NCBI GenBank assembly: GCA_951406725.2
Contig: OX597825.1
Span: 6,572,001-6,636,000 of the forward strand
Length of the DNA stretch: 64,000 nt
Direction of reading: 5' to 3'
Source of the DNA: Octopus vulgaris
Lineage: Eukaryota
Shown here piece by piece: positions 25,501-38,734 of the stretch (position 1 is the first letter of the stretch; the number at the start of each line of letters is the position of its first letter). Below the pieces are notes generated by a model. The model did not search any database, was not told the DNA's origin, and worked only from the letters and a program-made list of their open reading frames with translations. A program made the position numbers and the translations under genes.

Positions 25501-25806
25501 AATAGACTCTCCTGGGCTTGAAACAGAGATACATGATATCTCATCTGGAAGGCTACGTCTTTGCTATTCAAAAACCAAGAGACAGCAATTAAATACCTGA
25601 TCAGCAAGTGAGATAAAGAAGTTTCTAAACCTTCAGAATATGATAGGAAATATCGATTTTGCTATACCAGAAGAGATAAAAGAAGACACCCACATTATCT
25701 GTAGTTCTATTGACTGTCATCAAGATACCAACTAAAACTATGTACAATACATGGAGAAAGTGTCCTAATGATCATACCAAAAGCTCACCACAGCTGCATC
25801 TGTATA

Positions 25807-26178
25807 CTTAAAGACAAAGAATGAAGATTATTTACATTAGTTACATTTGACGGATATTTGCCCTCATCTTGTTTGTTGTTAACACAACATTTCGGCTGAT
25901 ATACCTTCCAGCCTTCATCAGGTGTCTTGGGGATATGACGTAGTGATTAAGAGCATGGGCTACTAACCTGAAGATTCTGAGTTTCATTCCAAGCAGTAAC
26001 CTGAACAACAACAATAATAATAATAACATCGAAAAAATACTTTAGGAATGAGAACCCAGGTTCGAAATTTCCTCAGGACACCTGATGAAGGCTGGAGGGT
26101 ATATCAGCCGAAACGTTGTGTTAACAACAAACAAGATGAGGACAAATATCCATCAAATGTAAATAATGTAAATAATGT
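25807..26178 (+). mobile_element. Palindromic hammerhead/tRNA-head element, copy A
   Basis: Inverted arms with hammerhead motifs at 25881-25926 (-) and 26077-26122 (+); tRNA-like segment ~25930-26001 (+) between them. Confidence 0.85.
26077..26122 (+). ncRNA. Minimal type-I hammerhead ribozyme motif (best preserved copy)
   Basis: GACAC-CTGATGA-A-GGCTG[GAGGGTATAT]CAGCC-GAAA-CG-TT-GTGTT. Stem I is GACAC/GTGTT, the core is CUGAUGA and GAAA, stem II is GGCTG/CAGCC, and stem III is reduced to the palindrome ACGT. Predicted cleavage after GUU (26117). Confidence 0.75.
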
Positions 26179-26179
26179 T

Positions 26180-26458
26180 AAAAAGGTGTTGTTCTTACAT
26201 GATAATGTAAGACTACATATTTCCTAAGTCATTTAAGAAAAGCTTATGACATTAAATATAGAAGTTCTGCCTCATCCTCCTGAGCTTGTTCAGGCTGGTC
26301 TACAGGGAAAACAGTTTATTAGTTGTGAAGAACTTAGATATGATATGGTTGGTTTCTTTGCTTTGAAACTTGAAAAATTTTACACCCAAGGGACCAACAA
26401 TTTGATGAATAGATGATATTATGTTATCAATAATGAATGGAAATATCATCTTGATTAA
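26180..26458 (+). pseudogene. Mariner transposase C-terminal remnant
   Basis: VLFLHDNVRLH and IEVLPHPP, derived from HDNARPH and WEVLPHPPYSPDL. Confidence 0.6.
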
Positions 26459-27053
26459 CCATTTAGCATTTAAACTGGACATATCCAGCCCAAATTTTCT
26501 ACCTGCTTTATGTTCGAAACTGGTCAGATCTAACCTCTCACACCTGTCCTAAAAAGTCAATGTAAAAATAAACAATCGCATTAATGAAATCTCAAAACTA
26601 CAAGGTAATGCATAAAAAGCACCTTTGAGCACTGGGCCTCATAGAAGCAAGGTGGCCGATGCCAGTGGCACATGCAAGTCACCTTTTGAGTGTTGGGTCC
26701 ATGGAGGAAATGACAAATGACCGAGACCTTTGGCAATATGCTGTGCTTCTGAAGAAGACCCATAAAAAAAGTGAAATTGCAGTCGTGGCAGATACTGGTG
26801 TTATGCAAATGGCACCCATGCCGGTAGCACGTAAAAGCACCCATTACACTCTTGGAGTGGTTGGCATTAGGAAGGGCATCCAGCTGTAGAAACATTGCCA
26901 GATCAGACTGGAGTCTGGTCCAGCCTTCCAACTTGCCAGCCCCCAGTCAAACCGTCCAACCCATGCCAGCATGGACAACGTACGATAAATGAGGATGAAT
27001 GTGAATCAAGAAACATAACATTTAACAGAGTAATCTGAATGCTAAATGGTTAA
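26455..27053 (+). mobile_element. piggyBac-type MITE P2 with nested SINE family D (~26613-26998)
   Basis: TTAA-CCATTTAGCATT...AATGCTAAATGG-TTAA perfect TIR; the family D body lies inside. Confidence 0.8.
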
Positions 27054-27610
27054 GTACATTATTTATAACCAAAGGAGTATTTGATTCGTTTCCATCTTAA
27101 AATGTAACAGGACATTCTTTCCAGCCTTCCATTGATTTTAGCCAAACTATGAACTAATTTGTTACAGCGACCACTGTCCATTATTCTATTGTTGACCACA
27201 ACCATATGATTTCCTTTGAAAGCATTCTCTTGTAGATATTGACCTGTTGCAGAAGTCAGAAGAGGGACAGACAAATATGTCAGCAATCCAGAGATGTTCA
27301 CATTAACCAAAGGCTGTTTTCTTTGACTTATATCTGGCTCCAAGTTGAATGTGAACTTGCCAAAATAAATGTGTGCCAAGAGATAGACTTGTGATTCCAT
27401 TCAATAGGAGATGTCTAGGTATGTTAACAAATGGAAATATTGAAATACGTATATTATATTTTTGATTCTTTCTTCCCCACCCCCCAAGACATTTAGACAT
27501 GATAGAAACGAGTGTATGCATGTGTAAAGAATTACAATTTGAGGTTAACATTCAATTCAAAATATATACACAAACATTTCAGTCAATGTATGTGTGTATA
27601 TATATATATA

Positions 27611-27791
27611 CTCTTTTACTCTTACTGGTTTGTCATTTGACTGTGGCCATTCTAAAGCACTGCTTTTAGTTGAGCAAATCGACCTCAGGACTTATTCTTT
27701 GTAAGCCTAGTACTTATTCTATTGGTCTCTTTTGCCAAACCACTAAGTTACAGGGACGTAAACACAGACACAAACATATACACACACATAC

Positions 27792-27842
<51 letters not shown>

Positions 27843-28026
27843 GTATATATACACATATATATGATGGGCTCCTTTCAGTTTCCATTTACCAAATTCACTC
27901 ACAAGGCTTTAGTTGGCCCGAGGCTATGGTAGAAGATGCTTACCCAAGGTACCACGCAGTGGGACTGAACCTGGAACTATATGGTTGGTAAGCAAGCTAC
28001 TTACCACACAGCCACTCCTGCACCTG
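27611..28026 (-). mobile_element. SINE family B
   Basis: Reverse complement of 23252-23640 with internal (TA)n. Confidence 0.85.
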
Positions 28027-28073
<47 letters not shown>

Positions 28074-29416
28074 ATAAATATATCTATATATCCAGAAGAA
28101 ATCTAATAGCTACACAAGTCGAGGGAAATTTGTTGATTGAACATGAATTCTTTATAAAGCAAACGAGGAATTATTTAGTTAAAACAAATCTGTTAATATT
28201 TGACAAGTTTACAGGCCATTTGTCACAAAGGTTTTGTGTCAGCTATGTTTCGATTCAGTTTTGAACAAGTTTTCATATGAAATTATGGCTAAAATATGAA
28301 GCCGTAAGAGCAGAAATAAAGGTTCTTTGATGAGACTCAGCTTTATGATACGTGTCTATAAAATTATTCTGAATACAATGAAAGAAGCTGATGCGAAAAT
28401 GGAAATAAACTTTAAGAGAAGTGAAGAATATAAAAGTGTTTAATTATATCATTGTAATTTGGAGCTTAATTAATAAGTTATGAAGAAAAGTGAAAGCAGA
28501 ATGGTTGTAATGAGATACTAAAGGTATTAAGTAAGAAATTTGTACCAGAACTTGGAAAGAAATTTATGTAAATATGAAGAAAAGGAAATTTAAAATTCCT
28601 TTGTTTTAATTGTGGAGGTTGAAACTTGAATAAAATTACCTTAAATAGATCGTCAAATGTCTTTTATCTCACATTAATTTATATTTTCTGAAACAAATTT
28701 CAAGTTATGTTCCGCAGTGTGAAGATAAATCTAGGATCTTCTGGAACTCCTTGCCTTCATTTAATATCACTAATTACAAAACTACCTCCTTCCCCATCAC
28801 TAATCATCTCTTTAGTGAAATTTCTAATTATAAAAGGAACATTAATTAAGCTATTCTATGTTCACCTGATAAATAAATAAATAAATAAATAACACAATGG
28901 GGATTCATTTAAGAAGACATAATTGTTTGTAATTTAGGGACAAGACAACAAATCTGTGGGGTGAGGATAAGACAATAGTGTGGACCCTAATATTTGACAG
29001 GTATTTTACTTTATTGATCCCAAAAAGATGAAAGGCAAAAACTATCCTTAGCAGAATTTGAACTGAAACTGTAAAGAGCTGGAAGAAATGTTTTAAGACT
29101 TTTTGACCTGATGTTTTACTGATTCTGACAAATGAACGAGATAATGACATTGGTAATGATGACAATTAGCAATGAGTGTAACATCATCAACATATGATAT
29201 AATGATCATTAGTAACGAGCAGAGATAGCCAGGGTTGCTCGGGATTAAAACGACATAGTTTTTATTCTTTTACTTGTTTCAGTCATTTGATTGTGGCCAT
29301 GCTGGAGCACTGCCTTTAGTCGAATAAAATGAAAGGAAGAAGGAAAGATGGAGAAAGAAAGAAAGAATGAATGAAGGATGGAAGATGCTATACTACAAAG
29401 TATATTAAACAATTTT

Positions 29417-29563
29417 GTGGTTGTGTGGTAAGTAGCTTCTTTACGAACCACATGGGTTCAGTCCCACTGCGTGGCACCTTGGGCAAGTGTCTTCTACTAT
29501 AGCTTCGGGCCAACCAAAGCCTTGTGAGTGGATTTGGTAGATGGAAACTGAAAGAAGCCCACC

Positions 29564-29623
<60 letters not shown>

Positions 29624-29818
29624 ATATGTTTGTCCCTCCAACATCGCTTGACAACCAATGCTGGTGTGTTTATGTCCCTGTAACTTAGCGGTTCAGCAAA
29701 AGAGACTGATAAAATAAGTACTAGGCTTACACAGAATAAGTCCTGGGGTCGATTTGCTCGACTAAAAAAGGCGGTGCTCCAGCATGGCCACAGTCAAATG
29801 ACTGAAACAAGTAAAAAA
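29417..29818 (+). mobile_element. SINE family B
   Basis: Same layout as 23252-23640; a further tail fragment lies on the minus strand at ~29263-29322. Confidence 0.85.
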
Positions 29819-29874
29819 AGTTAAGTGAATACTGTGTTCTACTGTGTTAGCAGTGCTCTTACGTCACATGTTGA

Positions 29875-30103
29875 GGTCGTCTCAACAGGTTTTCTATAGA
29901 AGCTACAGACAACCAAAACTGATTCCGTTCTGACGTTTTGTATCCGAGACGCCAGATGTAAACAAACAATGAGATGGAGGATAATCTAAATTTTTTTCAT
30001 CTTCGGTCACATTGTTTGTTTACATCCAGCATCTCAGATGCAAAACGTCATAACATTATCAGTTCTGGTTGCAGCTTCTTTGGAAAATCTGTAAGAGATG
30101 ACC
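29875..30103. mobile_element. Fold-back MITE with TTAA-type target (Kolobok-like)
   Basis: TTGA-GGTCGTCTC...GAGATGACC-TTAA; ~115-bp inverted arms (gatgtaaacaaacaatg / cattgtttgtttacatc). Confidence 0.7.
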
Positions 30104-30259
30104 TTAATAATACGTGAAATAATTACTTTTTGTTTTGTTTCTTTTCTTTTTTTTTTCTTTTTGTTTTTTTTTTATAAATCTTTCAATATTGATGAGTTTC
30201 TGCCTCACGAAGGAAATAACACTATATAAGTTGATGAACAATGCCAGTGCTGCGTCAGC

Positions 30260-30344
30260 AAATAATAATAATAATAATAATATTAATAATAATATTAATA
30301 ATAATGAAAATAATAATAATAATAATAATATTAATAATAATGAA

Positions 30345-30391
<47 letters not shown>

Positions 30392-30531
30392 TAATAATAA
30401 TAATAATAATAATGAAAATAAAAAGAAGAAGGAGGAGGAGAAGGAGGAAGAAGAATTGAAGAAGAAGAAGAAGAAGAAGAAGAAGAAGAAGAAGAAGAAG
30501 AAGAAGAAGAAGAAGAAGAAGAAGAAGAAGC
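30260..30531. repeat. Compound (AAT)n-(GAG)-(GAA)n microsatellite
   Basis: Seen directly. Confidence 0.95.
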
Positions 30532-30782
30532 AGCTTTCTGCTGCTGCACCTGTTACCATAACGCTGCTTGCAATCATTAATATTAACATACTCGTTTGCT
30601 TTCTCCTATTGTATCCAGAGTATAAATAAACCATACTTTGGCTAATTAACAAGGTAAAAGTTTAGCAGCTGAATCACCAGCAATGCATCAACTGAGTGAA
30701 ATAATATCACCATTATTCTTGGTTGCCGATCTCCATGATTGGAATATTCCAAATGGAAGTTGTTATAATCAGAAACATCAAT
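30532..30782 (-). other. Candidate terminal (3' UTR-like) exon start on the minus strand
   Basis: Strong acceptor tttctctcttttgcaaccaacag|ATTGATG at 30782, in unique sequence. The downstream end is undefined and no homology is recognised. Confidence 0.3.
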
Positions 30783-31602
30783 CTGTTGGTTGCAAAAGAG
30801 AGAAATTAATGAAATGAATAAGCCACAAGTCTCTATAACCAAGTATCGAACACACACTGGGGATAAGAGAGGAATATTATATATATATAAAGTCTGGCTG
30901 ATGCATTGTTCAGGATGGAGATGTAGCCGATAGATGCTGGGGAAAAATATGATGAAGGTAGCTTATTACATTTGATATGCCAGTTTTGAAAAGATTTTGA
31001 GTTAAACAAAACATACACACACAGACACACACACGCATATTTTTGTTTTCAATATTTAAGAAAGTGAAAAAAATAATGGTGAGGAATGTGAAGAAGTTCT
31101 TGCTTGTATTACCAGGAGATTCAGCGAATTCCTCACATTTCCAATATTCTTCATGGCATCTCGATTAGTATTCTTTTGGCCACTTACCAATCAATGTTCA
31201 TTTATTTTAACAAACTGATTCATATCTGGTTTCCCCCAAAAGACTCCTACACTTCTGCCATTTCTTCATCTGAATTTGTGTCTAAGTTACAGAACTGAGT
31301 GTCATAAAATGACAGGAGTAGAATTCTTTGTAACTGATTGGCTGACCAATTTCTTGTCATTTTCCTAGGATGACCTGCCATAGCCAGCCACAATGGTCAT
31401 TCATCTTGACCACTACAGACAGCAGAGGGTATTGGAGTAATTCCTGAGAGTTTTAAAAATTCAATCCAAATAGTCACGTCTTGATTACAACATAATGTCA
31501 CATTGTTCCTGCTCTTCACCAACAGATACAGTTTTAGTGAAAGCTGGGTCGTGTATCTGTTGATCATTCTCAATATTCTGTAACTTCAGAACTGTATATA
31601 TA

Positions 31603-31835
31603 CCTATTTCTTTACTACCCACAAGGGGCTAAACACAGAGGGGACAAACAAGGACAGACAAACGGATTAAGTTGATTACATCGACCCCAGTGCGTAACTG
31701 GTACTTAATTTATCGACCCCGAAAGGATGAAAGGCAAAGTCAACCTCGGCGGAATTTGAACTCAGAACGCAGCGGCAGACGAAATACCGCAAAGCATTTC
31801 ACCCGGCGTGCTAACGTTTCTGCCAGCTCGCCGCC
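31603..31835 (-). mobile_element. SINE family A, young intact copy
   Basis: CpG-intact ggcggcgagctggcagaaacgttagc...gagttcaaattccgccgaggttgactttgcctttcatcctttcggggtcgataaattaagtaccag; flanked by ctgtat(a/g)tata. Confidence 0.9.
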
Positions 31836-32818
31836 CTGTATGTATATTAAACCTACCATAACTACTTGTGGACCTTTGCTCTGCCTCTGTTTGAACCCAC
31901 AAAGTCAACATTCACAAATTCGAGGGGATCCTTACATAATGTAAGAATGTTGTCTATTAGGTCATAGAGCTGTCTCTGAATATTATAAAGGCCCCAAAAT
32001 CCAAAAATCTGTCATATTCTCACATTGAAATGTTTTGAATGTATCTCTTGAAGTGTTGCATTTTCGGGATACTCTGGAGAAGCAGACTTCAAGAAATCCA
32101 GGAAGTTCTTTTATTGCAGAATCATTCTGTTTGATCAATATTTTCTCTAATTCGTTGCTGTCTTTCAGTCTAAAACCTGTCAACAGCAAAACGAACCTGT
32201 TGAATTTCTTCGCTTTCTTCAGATTGTTCTGCTTTCTTTCACTTGGCCTCTGAGGAAGATTTTCCAGATAATGAATAGCAGATGACAGAAGTGACCAAAA
32301 ATTCCCAAATCCCTGAATAGATAATATATTTAAAACACAAAATGTGTATTCTTCATACTCTTTGAGAAGCACCACATTAGCTGCACATTATGAATGCCTA
32401 CTCTGTCCGAACAGTACTTTCTGTATATTTTTTTTTCCCAGGAAGTGAATCAATAAAGCTAGTTCCCATCATTGTTATTTCTATCTAACTTTTCAATCTT
32501 TAAACACTGTTCATTTCCATTGATACAAGACGTCCTAAAACCTTCCGACATTTGGTTATCAAATACAATTATATCAAACACAATTCCAAAGTCTGCAGAT
32601 TTTAGAATACATTACAAATTATCTCATTGTTAACTGCCATCTTCTATTCCATTTTTTCTCTTTCCCTCCTTGTTTTATTCTATATTCTATGAACTCATTC
32701 ACTCTTTCTTTCTTCCCTTTCCTCTTCTTTGACCCTTTTCGACATTCCATGGTTATGCCTTTCCATAATTTTATTTCTCACTTTCTTCTTTATGTAGTCT
32801 TTCTCTTTCAGTCATAGA

Positions 32819-33320
32819 CATCATCATCATCATCGTTTAACGTCCGTTTTCCGTGCTAGCATGGGTTGGATGGTTCGACCAGGGTCTGGGAAGCCAGAAG
32901 GCTGCACCAGGCTCCAATCTGATCTGGCAGTGTTTCTACAGCTGGATGCCCTTCCTAACGCCAACCACTCCGTGAGTGTAGTGGGTGCTTTTTACGTGAT
33001 CACCGGCACAGGTGCCAGGGGAGTCTGGCAGTGGCCATGATTTTTATGTGCCACCGACACAGAAGCCAGTCAAGGTGGCGCTGGCATTGGCCACACTCAG
33101 ATGGTTCTTTTTATGTGCCACCAGCACAGGTATCACAACTACAATTTGCATTTAATATTTATTGTGATGTTGATGTACTTGACTCAATAGGTCTCCTCAA
33201 GCACAGCAGGCCACCCTACGATCCAAGGTAAGCACAGCAGGTCGTTCTGCAATCCAAGGTACTTTGGATGGGCTGGAGCTATGCGAAACTGGTGCAGGAA
33301 GCAGCCATGAACTCACACTA
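32819..33320 (-). mobile_element. SINE family D
   Basis: (cat)n tail, gctggatgcccttcctaacgccaacc, and internal ttttatgtgccacc units. Confidence 0.85.
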
Positions 33321-35751
33321 TTTGTCGGGTCTGTTACCATGTTTACCTTCGACCATCATATATGGCAACAATATGTGATCAGGTTTAGTATCTGATGACT
33401 GTACAGCAATTCTGAATCCCTTTGCTAGGGTGTACATGAGGGTGGGACCTGTAGCGAACAGAAATACATCACAGTCCAATGACAGGCAACCTTTTGCAGT
33501 ACTTTGGTATATGTCCAGCATCATTTTATTTCTTTTAACAAATCCTATGTTATTCAGAAAATGGAAGAATTAGACAACTAAGAACATACCACACACACAC
33601 ACACACACACACACAGAAAATTGCTGAAGAAAGGCTAGATTATTTAAAATAAAAACAGTTGTAAAAGACAAAGAACAAAATGCCGCAAATAACAGCAAGC
33701 CATTAGTTTCTGATGTATTCCTGTTCATAACAAAAGAACAGAGAGTCAGAATTGGTGTAAGATCACAGAGTAATAGAGTGTTCGTGTGACCTCCATTCCA
33801 ACACAGAGTGACAAATGAACTAATTAATTAATGCAAGAGTAATTAAACAAAAGACAAAAAGCTAATACAAAGAAAGTGAGAATAAAAAAAAGTATATTTT
33901 ATTAATTCTGATCCCCTCTCTTTGGTGTGCAGATTACATTGGTGGGGTTTGCCGAGAGTAGATTTCACAGACAGTTGGTCTTTGACTCTTACCACATTTG
34001 TTAATTTTTGGAACTGCTTATTGATCTAAAATAAGGAGGGGAATTAGCAGAGTTGTTAGAGCACAAGACAAAATGATTTTTGGTAGATATATTCTAGTTT
34101 CCAGTGTTCTCAGTTCAAATTTCCCCAAAGTCACTTTCACCTTTTGGGCATTTGGCTGGGACAATAAAATAAAGCAACAGTCCAAGACTGAGGAATTGTT
34201 AGAAATATCAGTGTATCAAATGAGATACCTTGTGGTATTTGATCCAGTTCTTTAGTAGTAGACATAATCCATCACCCAGGTTAACACCACCTCCAGCACC
34301 ATCACCATCACCTGATCTCTGGATGTCTTTAGTAGAGTTAGCAAGTATTTAGGACAGGTCCCTGAAGCAATTTCCTTCTCTACTTTCACTAATGTTGGGT
34401 AAGGGTCCTAAACAAATTTATGAGAATGGGCACTGCCCTAGTGATTTGAAAACCTCCCTTGACTGAGGATGAATAAGAGTATTTATATATATATATGGCC
34501 TTAGGTAGCTAAATGTTGAAGTTTCTGCATAAAAAAGTGAATACAGAAAAACTAAACATATAGACATGTGCACAGACAACTTATGTATGTATGTATGTAT
34601 GAATATATGAATGTATGTATGTATGTATGTATGAATGTATGTATGAATGTATGCATGTATGCGTGTATGTATGTATACACACACACACACACACATCATG
34701 TCTCTATAAATATTTATATATATATTTATAACTGATATATTTAGCAAGCTGCTCATTCACCTGAAATAACTGTTTTTTGAATGGAAATACTTTCAGGCCT
34801 TGAGTGAATGAGTATCAGCTAAAATGAAAATATTGCTAATGTTTTTCTTAAGTATGGATACATTACCTGTTTTATATTAGTAAACACTTTCTGATTAAAA
34901 CCTCCAATTTGTAAAGTAAATGATTAAATTGGAAAACTATCCAGTTAATCATACCCTGGAAGACTCGTTGAAATAGAAATTTGTTGTAATGTATGATTTG
35001 TACATGATGCCTCAATATCTGTGTTTAGAAGGAGAATATGTCGCAAATAAATATCTGTAAAAGAGTTGCTCATCTAAGAAGATGGAAGCATTGATCTGGT
35101 ATATCAAAACTAGTTAGAATTATTGATTTCAAGTAGAAAATTCTCATGTGTGGGGAAGAGAAAAGAGAAACATCAATGAGAAAGGAAGCAGCTTTCTATT
35201 GGATAACACAAAAGGCATTAAAAATATACATCATCTGGAAGGAAGAGATGAAGGACGAGTCTTGGAAATTATTACCGAAAGTGAAACAAATAAGATAAGC
35301 CTAACGCAAAGAGGATAAAATAAAAAGAAATAAAAAGAAGACGCCATTCAGAAACATAAAATTACAAGGAAACAAACATGCGGCAAAAATATGAAACATC
35401 AGTTGGGGTTTAGTGCATGATTGAAAGCAAGGTTGTGCCTGGATGCAGGGGTAAGTCAAAAAGTCTGTACAAATTATTTCAATTCCACTCAAAGAAATTG
35501 AAAGCCTTTCTATTGGTTTCTGACATATCAGTTCCTTGTAGTTCAGGTGCAGCTAATAACTTATACAATAATTGTGATGTACAAAAACAGGCAGGACAGC
35601 TGATAAATTCTTCTTGATAATATTAGGTTCTGTTAAAAGAATTCTACACACACACACACACACATATGCACTGTATATTTTATATACGGTGCATGAGTGT
35701 GTGTGTTTATACATACATGTATATATATATATATATGCATAAAGTAAGATA

Positions 35752-36042
35752 TAAGTTAGAGGTTATGCAACCATCTAAGGGATATATATATCCGTAGGCA
35801 CTCCTGGTGTATTACCTCATTATGTATAGTTCTCGTTGAAAGGTATACAGTAGTAGGTAATTTGGTACGATCGTTTCGCACTGTTGTAAAACTGTTGTAA
35901 TACTTACAACATTTAATAAAATGATGTAGTGTGAAATGATCGTACCAAATTACTGGAGTTATTCTTGTTGCTCATTTTGATTATAATCACCCCATGGATT
36001 TATATGGATAACACCATACAGAATTCTGGTACATCTAACTTA
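35752..36042. mobile_element. Putative MITE with short TIRs and an internal hairpin
   Basis: TAAGTTAGAGGT...ACATCTAACTTA ends; internal IR gtaatttggtacgatc / gatcgtaccaaattac (35857-35953); the 5' part is homologous to 11348-11460. Confidence 0.55.
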
Positions 36043-36104
36043 AGTACCATATTCATTTGAATCTAAATTTTGCTGAACTTATATATATATATATATATAT
36101 ATAT

Positions 36105-36269
36105 CATCATCATCATCATCGTCGTTTAACGTCCGCTTTCCATGCTAGCATGGGCTGGACGATTTGACTGAGGTCTGGTGAACCAGATGGCTGCACCAGG
36201 CTCCAATCTGATCTGGCAAAGTTTATATATATATATATATATATAATAAATACATGTAAACACATACAT

Positions 36270-36366
<97 letters not shown>

Positions 36367-36388
36367 CATGTTTCACACATACATGTTT

Positions 36389-36450
<62 letters not shown>

Positions 36451-36465
36451 AACACATACATGTTT

Positions 36466-36531
<66 letters not shown>

Positions 36532-36540
36532 AATACATGC
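36105..36540. repeat. SINE D tail fragment (-) followed by a (TA)/(CA) array with a higher-order unit
   Basis: tacatgt..acacatacatgtttcacac recurs three times between (TA)n runs. Confidence 0.85.
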
Positions 36541-36602
36541 AAATGCATATGTGATTCATATACTGTATGTGTGCATATGCGTGGTATATGTTTCTATATA
36601 TA

Positions 36603-38196
36603 CACTGGGTTGGTCCAAATGTCCTTTAGGTTCTTCTTGACCCCAGACTTGAAGCACTCTAATAAGCAGCTAATTTCAGTCTGTTCATTAGGCATGCACA
36701 CTCATTGAATACTCGACACTTCATTGTAGTCCAACGTGAACTTGTCACATGACAGGTTGCGTTTTGTGCGCTTGGATTCACCTTGGAAATGGAGAACCAA
36801 AACGAACATTATCGACACCTAATGTTTTCTTTTATTTAAAAAAAAGGCAATAAAGAGGTAGAAACCTACTACAAGACATGATGCACAGTTACACAATGAT
36901 TGTATGCGAAGAGGTTTACAAGATTTCAGACGGGATAGTTTTGGGTTCAAGTCGCACCTTGCTCTGGCCAGGCAGCTGAGCTTAACAGTGATAAAATGAA
37001 AGAGATGTTAACACCAACCCCATTAGATGTCCCAGGATGATTGTACATGTTCTCCAAATACCCAAGCTAAGTGTTGAAAACCATCTGCTTAAACTTGGTT
37101 ATATCAGCTGGTTTCTGTTTGGGTCTCACATTATTTAAGAGAGGAATTTCCTGTGATTTGTTGCAGAAACATGAAGAAAATTACCCTTTTTCTCAAGGGA
37201 GTAGTGGACAAGGGAGTAGTGAAAGCGCCTGGCTCAGTGGTTAGAGCATCAGGCTCACAACCATGAGGTAGTGAGTTCGATTCCTGGATCAGGCTCTGTG
37301 TTGTGTTCTTGAGCAAGACACTTTATTTCATGTTGCCCTTGTTCACCCAGCTGTAGAAATTAGTTGCGACATCACTGGTGCCAAGCTGTATCAGCTTTTG
37401 CTTTTCCCTTGGATAACATCGGTGGCATGGAGAGTGGAGGCTGGTATGCATGGGCAACTGCCAGTCGTCCATAAAATAACCTTATCCAGACTTGTGCCTT
37501 GGAGGGTAACTTTGTAGGTGCAATCTCATGGTCATTCATGACTGAAGGAGGTCTTTACTCTAGTGACAAGGGATGAAAAATGAATCATCTATAACAATAT
37601 GAAGTGCAAATAATCATGAACGAAGCATGGTGAGCAACCACAAACATCCTCCAAAGCAGGACTTCACCTGAAGAAGGTTCTGCTTTTGACTCGATAGGAT
37701 TTTAGAACGGTGTAGTCTTAAGTGTCTTCCTATGGACAAAACCATCAATTCAGATATGTTAGACAAATTAGACACAATGATCTCCCTGAAGCTTTCAACA
37801 CCTATTAACTGTAAGGGCATTCCATCATGACTTCCATCATGACAATGCCACACAACACACTTTGTCACAAACATAGCAGACGTTGCTGTGTGGAAAGTTT
37901 TGCCACGATTTTCATGTTTGCCTGAACTTGCAACAACAGATTTCAACTTGCTTCAGTCTCTCCAAAATTCATTGAATGGACAAACCTTCAGTTCTGAAGA
38001 GGATGTGAAAATTCACGTGGAAGAAAATTTTTTTTGCCAGCAAAACTAGAAAATTCATTGAGCAGACAATAATAGATCTGCTCACATGTGATAGTCAGAA
38101 GATTCTGGAACAAAATATTAATTATATCATTGATTGAATAAAGAGCTTTGTGTCTTCTTTTTCCATAAAAGATGTAAATAAACTTATTGACCAACC

Positions 38197-38201
<5 letters not shown>
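36603..38201 (+). mobile_element. Decayed full-length mariner DNA transposon with nested SINE
   Basis: TIR remnants tgggttggtc.a and ttgaccaaccca. Transposase fragments MENQNEHYRHLM (~36789), VTRDEK*IIYNN (~37563), KAGLHLKKVLL, FHHDNA and WKVLPRFSCLPELATTDFNLLQSLQNSLNG. Confidence 0.85.
37223..37560 (+). mobile_element. SINE family C, full length, inserted in the mariner
   Basis: A-box tggctcagtgg and B-box gagttcgattcc; target duplication tagtg(g)acaaggga on both sides. Confidence 0.9.
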
Positions 38202-38238
<37 letters not shown>

Positions 38239-38734
38239 CTCTGTGAGTGTGTGTGTATAGTATATCACCATTTTCACGTTTGCTTTTCCATTTTCTGTGC
38301 TTGCATAAGTTGGCTGGAGTTTGAGTCAGATTTGCTATGGGTAGAACACTCTTCTTGTCTCAAACCAGATTCTGTTACTGCCACACAAAATAATATTTCT
38401 ACACGCCCAGCCACAATATTGCAGAACATTGAAAACAAATTACATTGCCTGTATGACAGTGACAACCATCACGCAAGGTGAAGAAAAGGAAACACAGACA
38501 TACACACGTATATACACACACAACTCACTCCCCCAATATAAATATATATATATATATATATATAAATGAGGTGAGAGGATAGATGTTTATTCCATTTGTT
38601 TACAGCTGTTTCATAGTCTTGGTTAGTCAATATTCACTTGTATATAAAATATCCATAAAATATATTTGTAAATAAATATATAAGCAGGTGTACACCCATG
38701 ATATACAAGGAATGTTGTGATGGAAACTGAAAGG

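Larger units (their letters stand above)
31070..33530 (-). mobile_element. Possible highly decayed LINE (L1/Tx1-like), interrupted by SINEs
   Basis: Weak RT-like fragments only (KGCLSL..VFLFATGP ~33500, degenerate YADD-like ~33360) plus a 130-aa open remnant at 31983-32375. Confidence 0.3.

Noticed and set aside
30104-30652. 182-aa and 164-aa ORFs with poly-N/K/F/L
   Set aside because: Mostly (AAT)n and (GAA)n; no coding signature.
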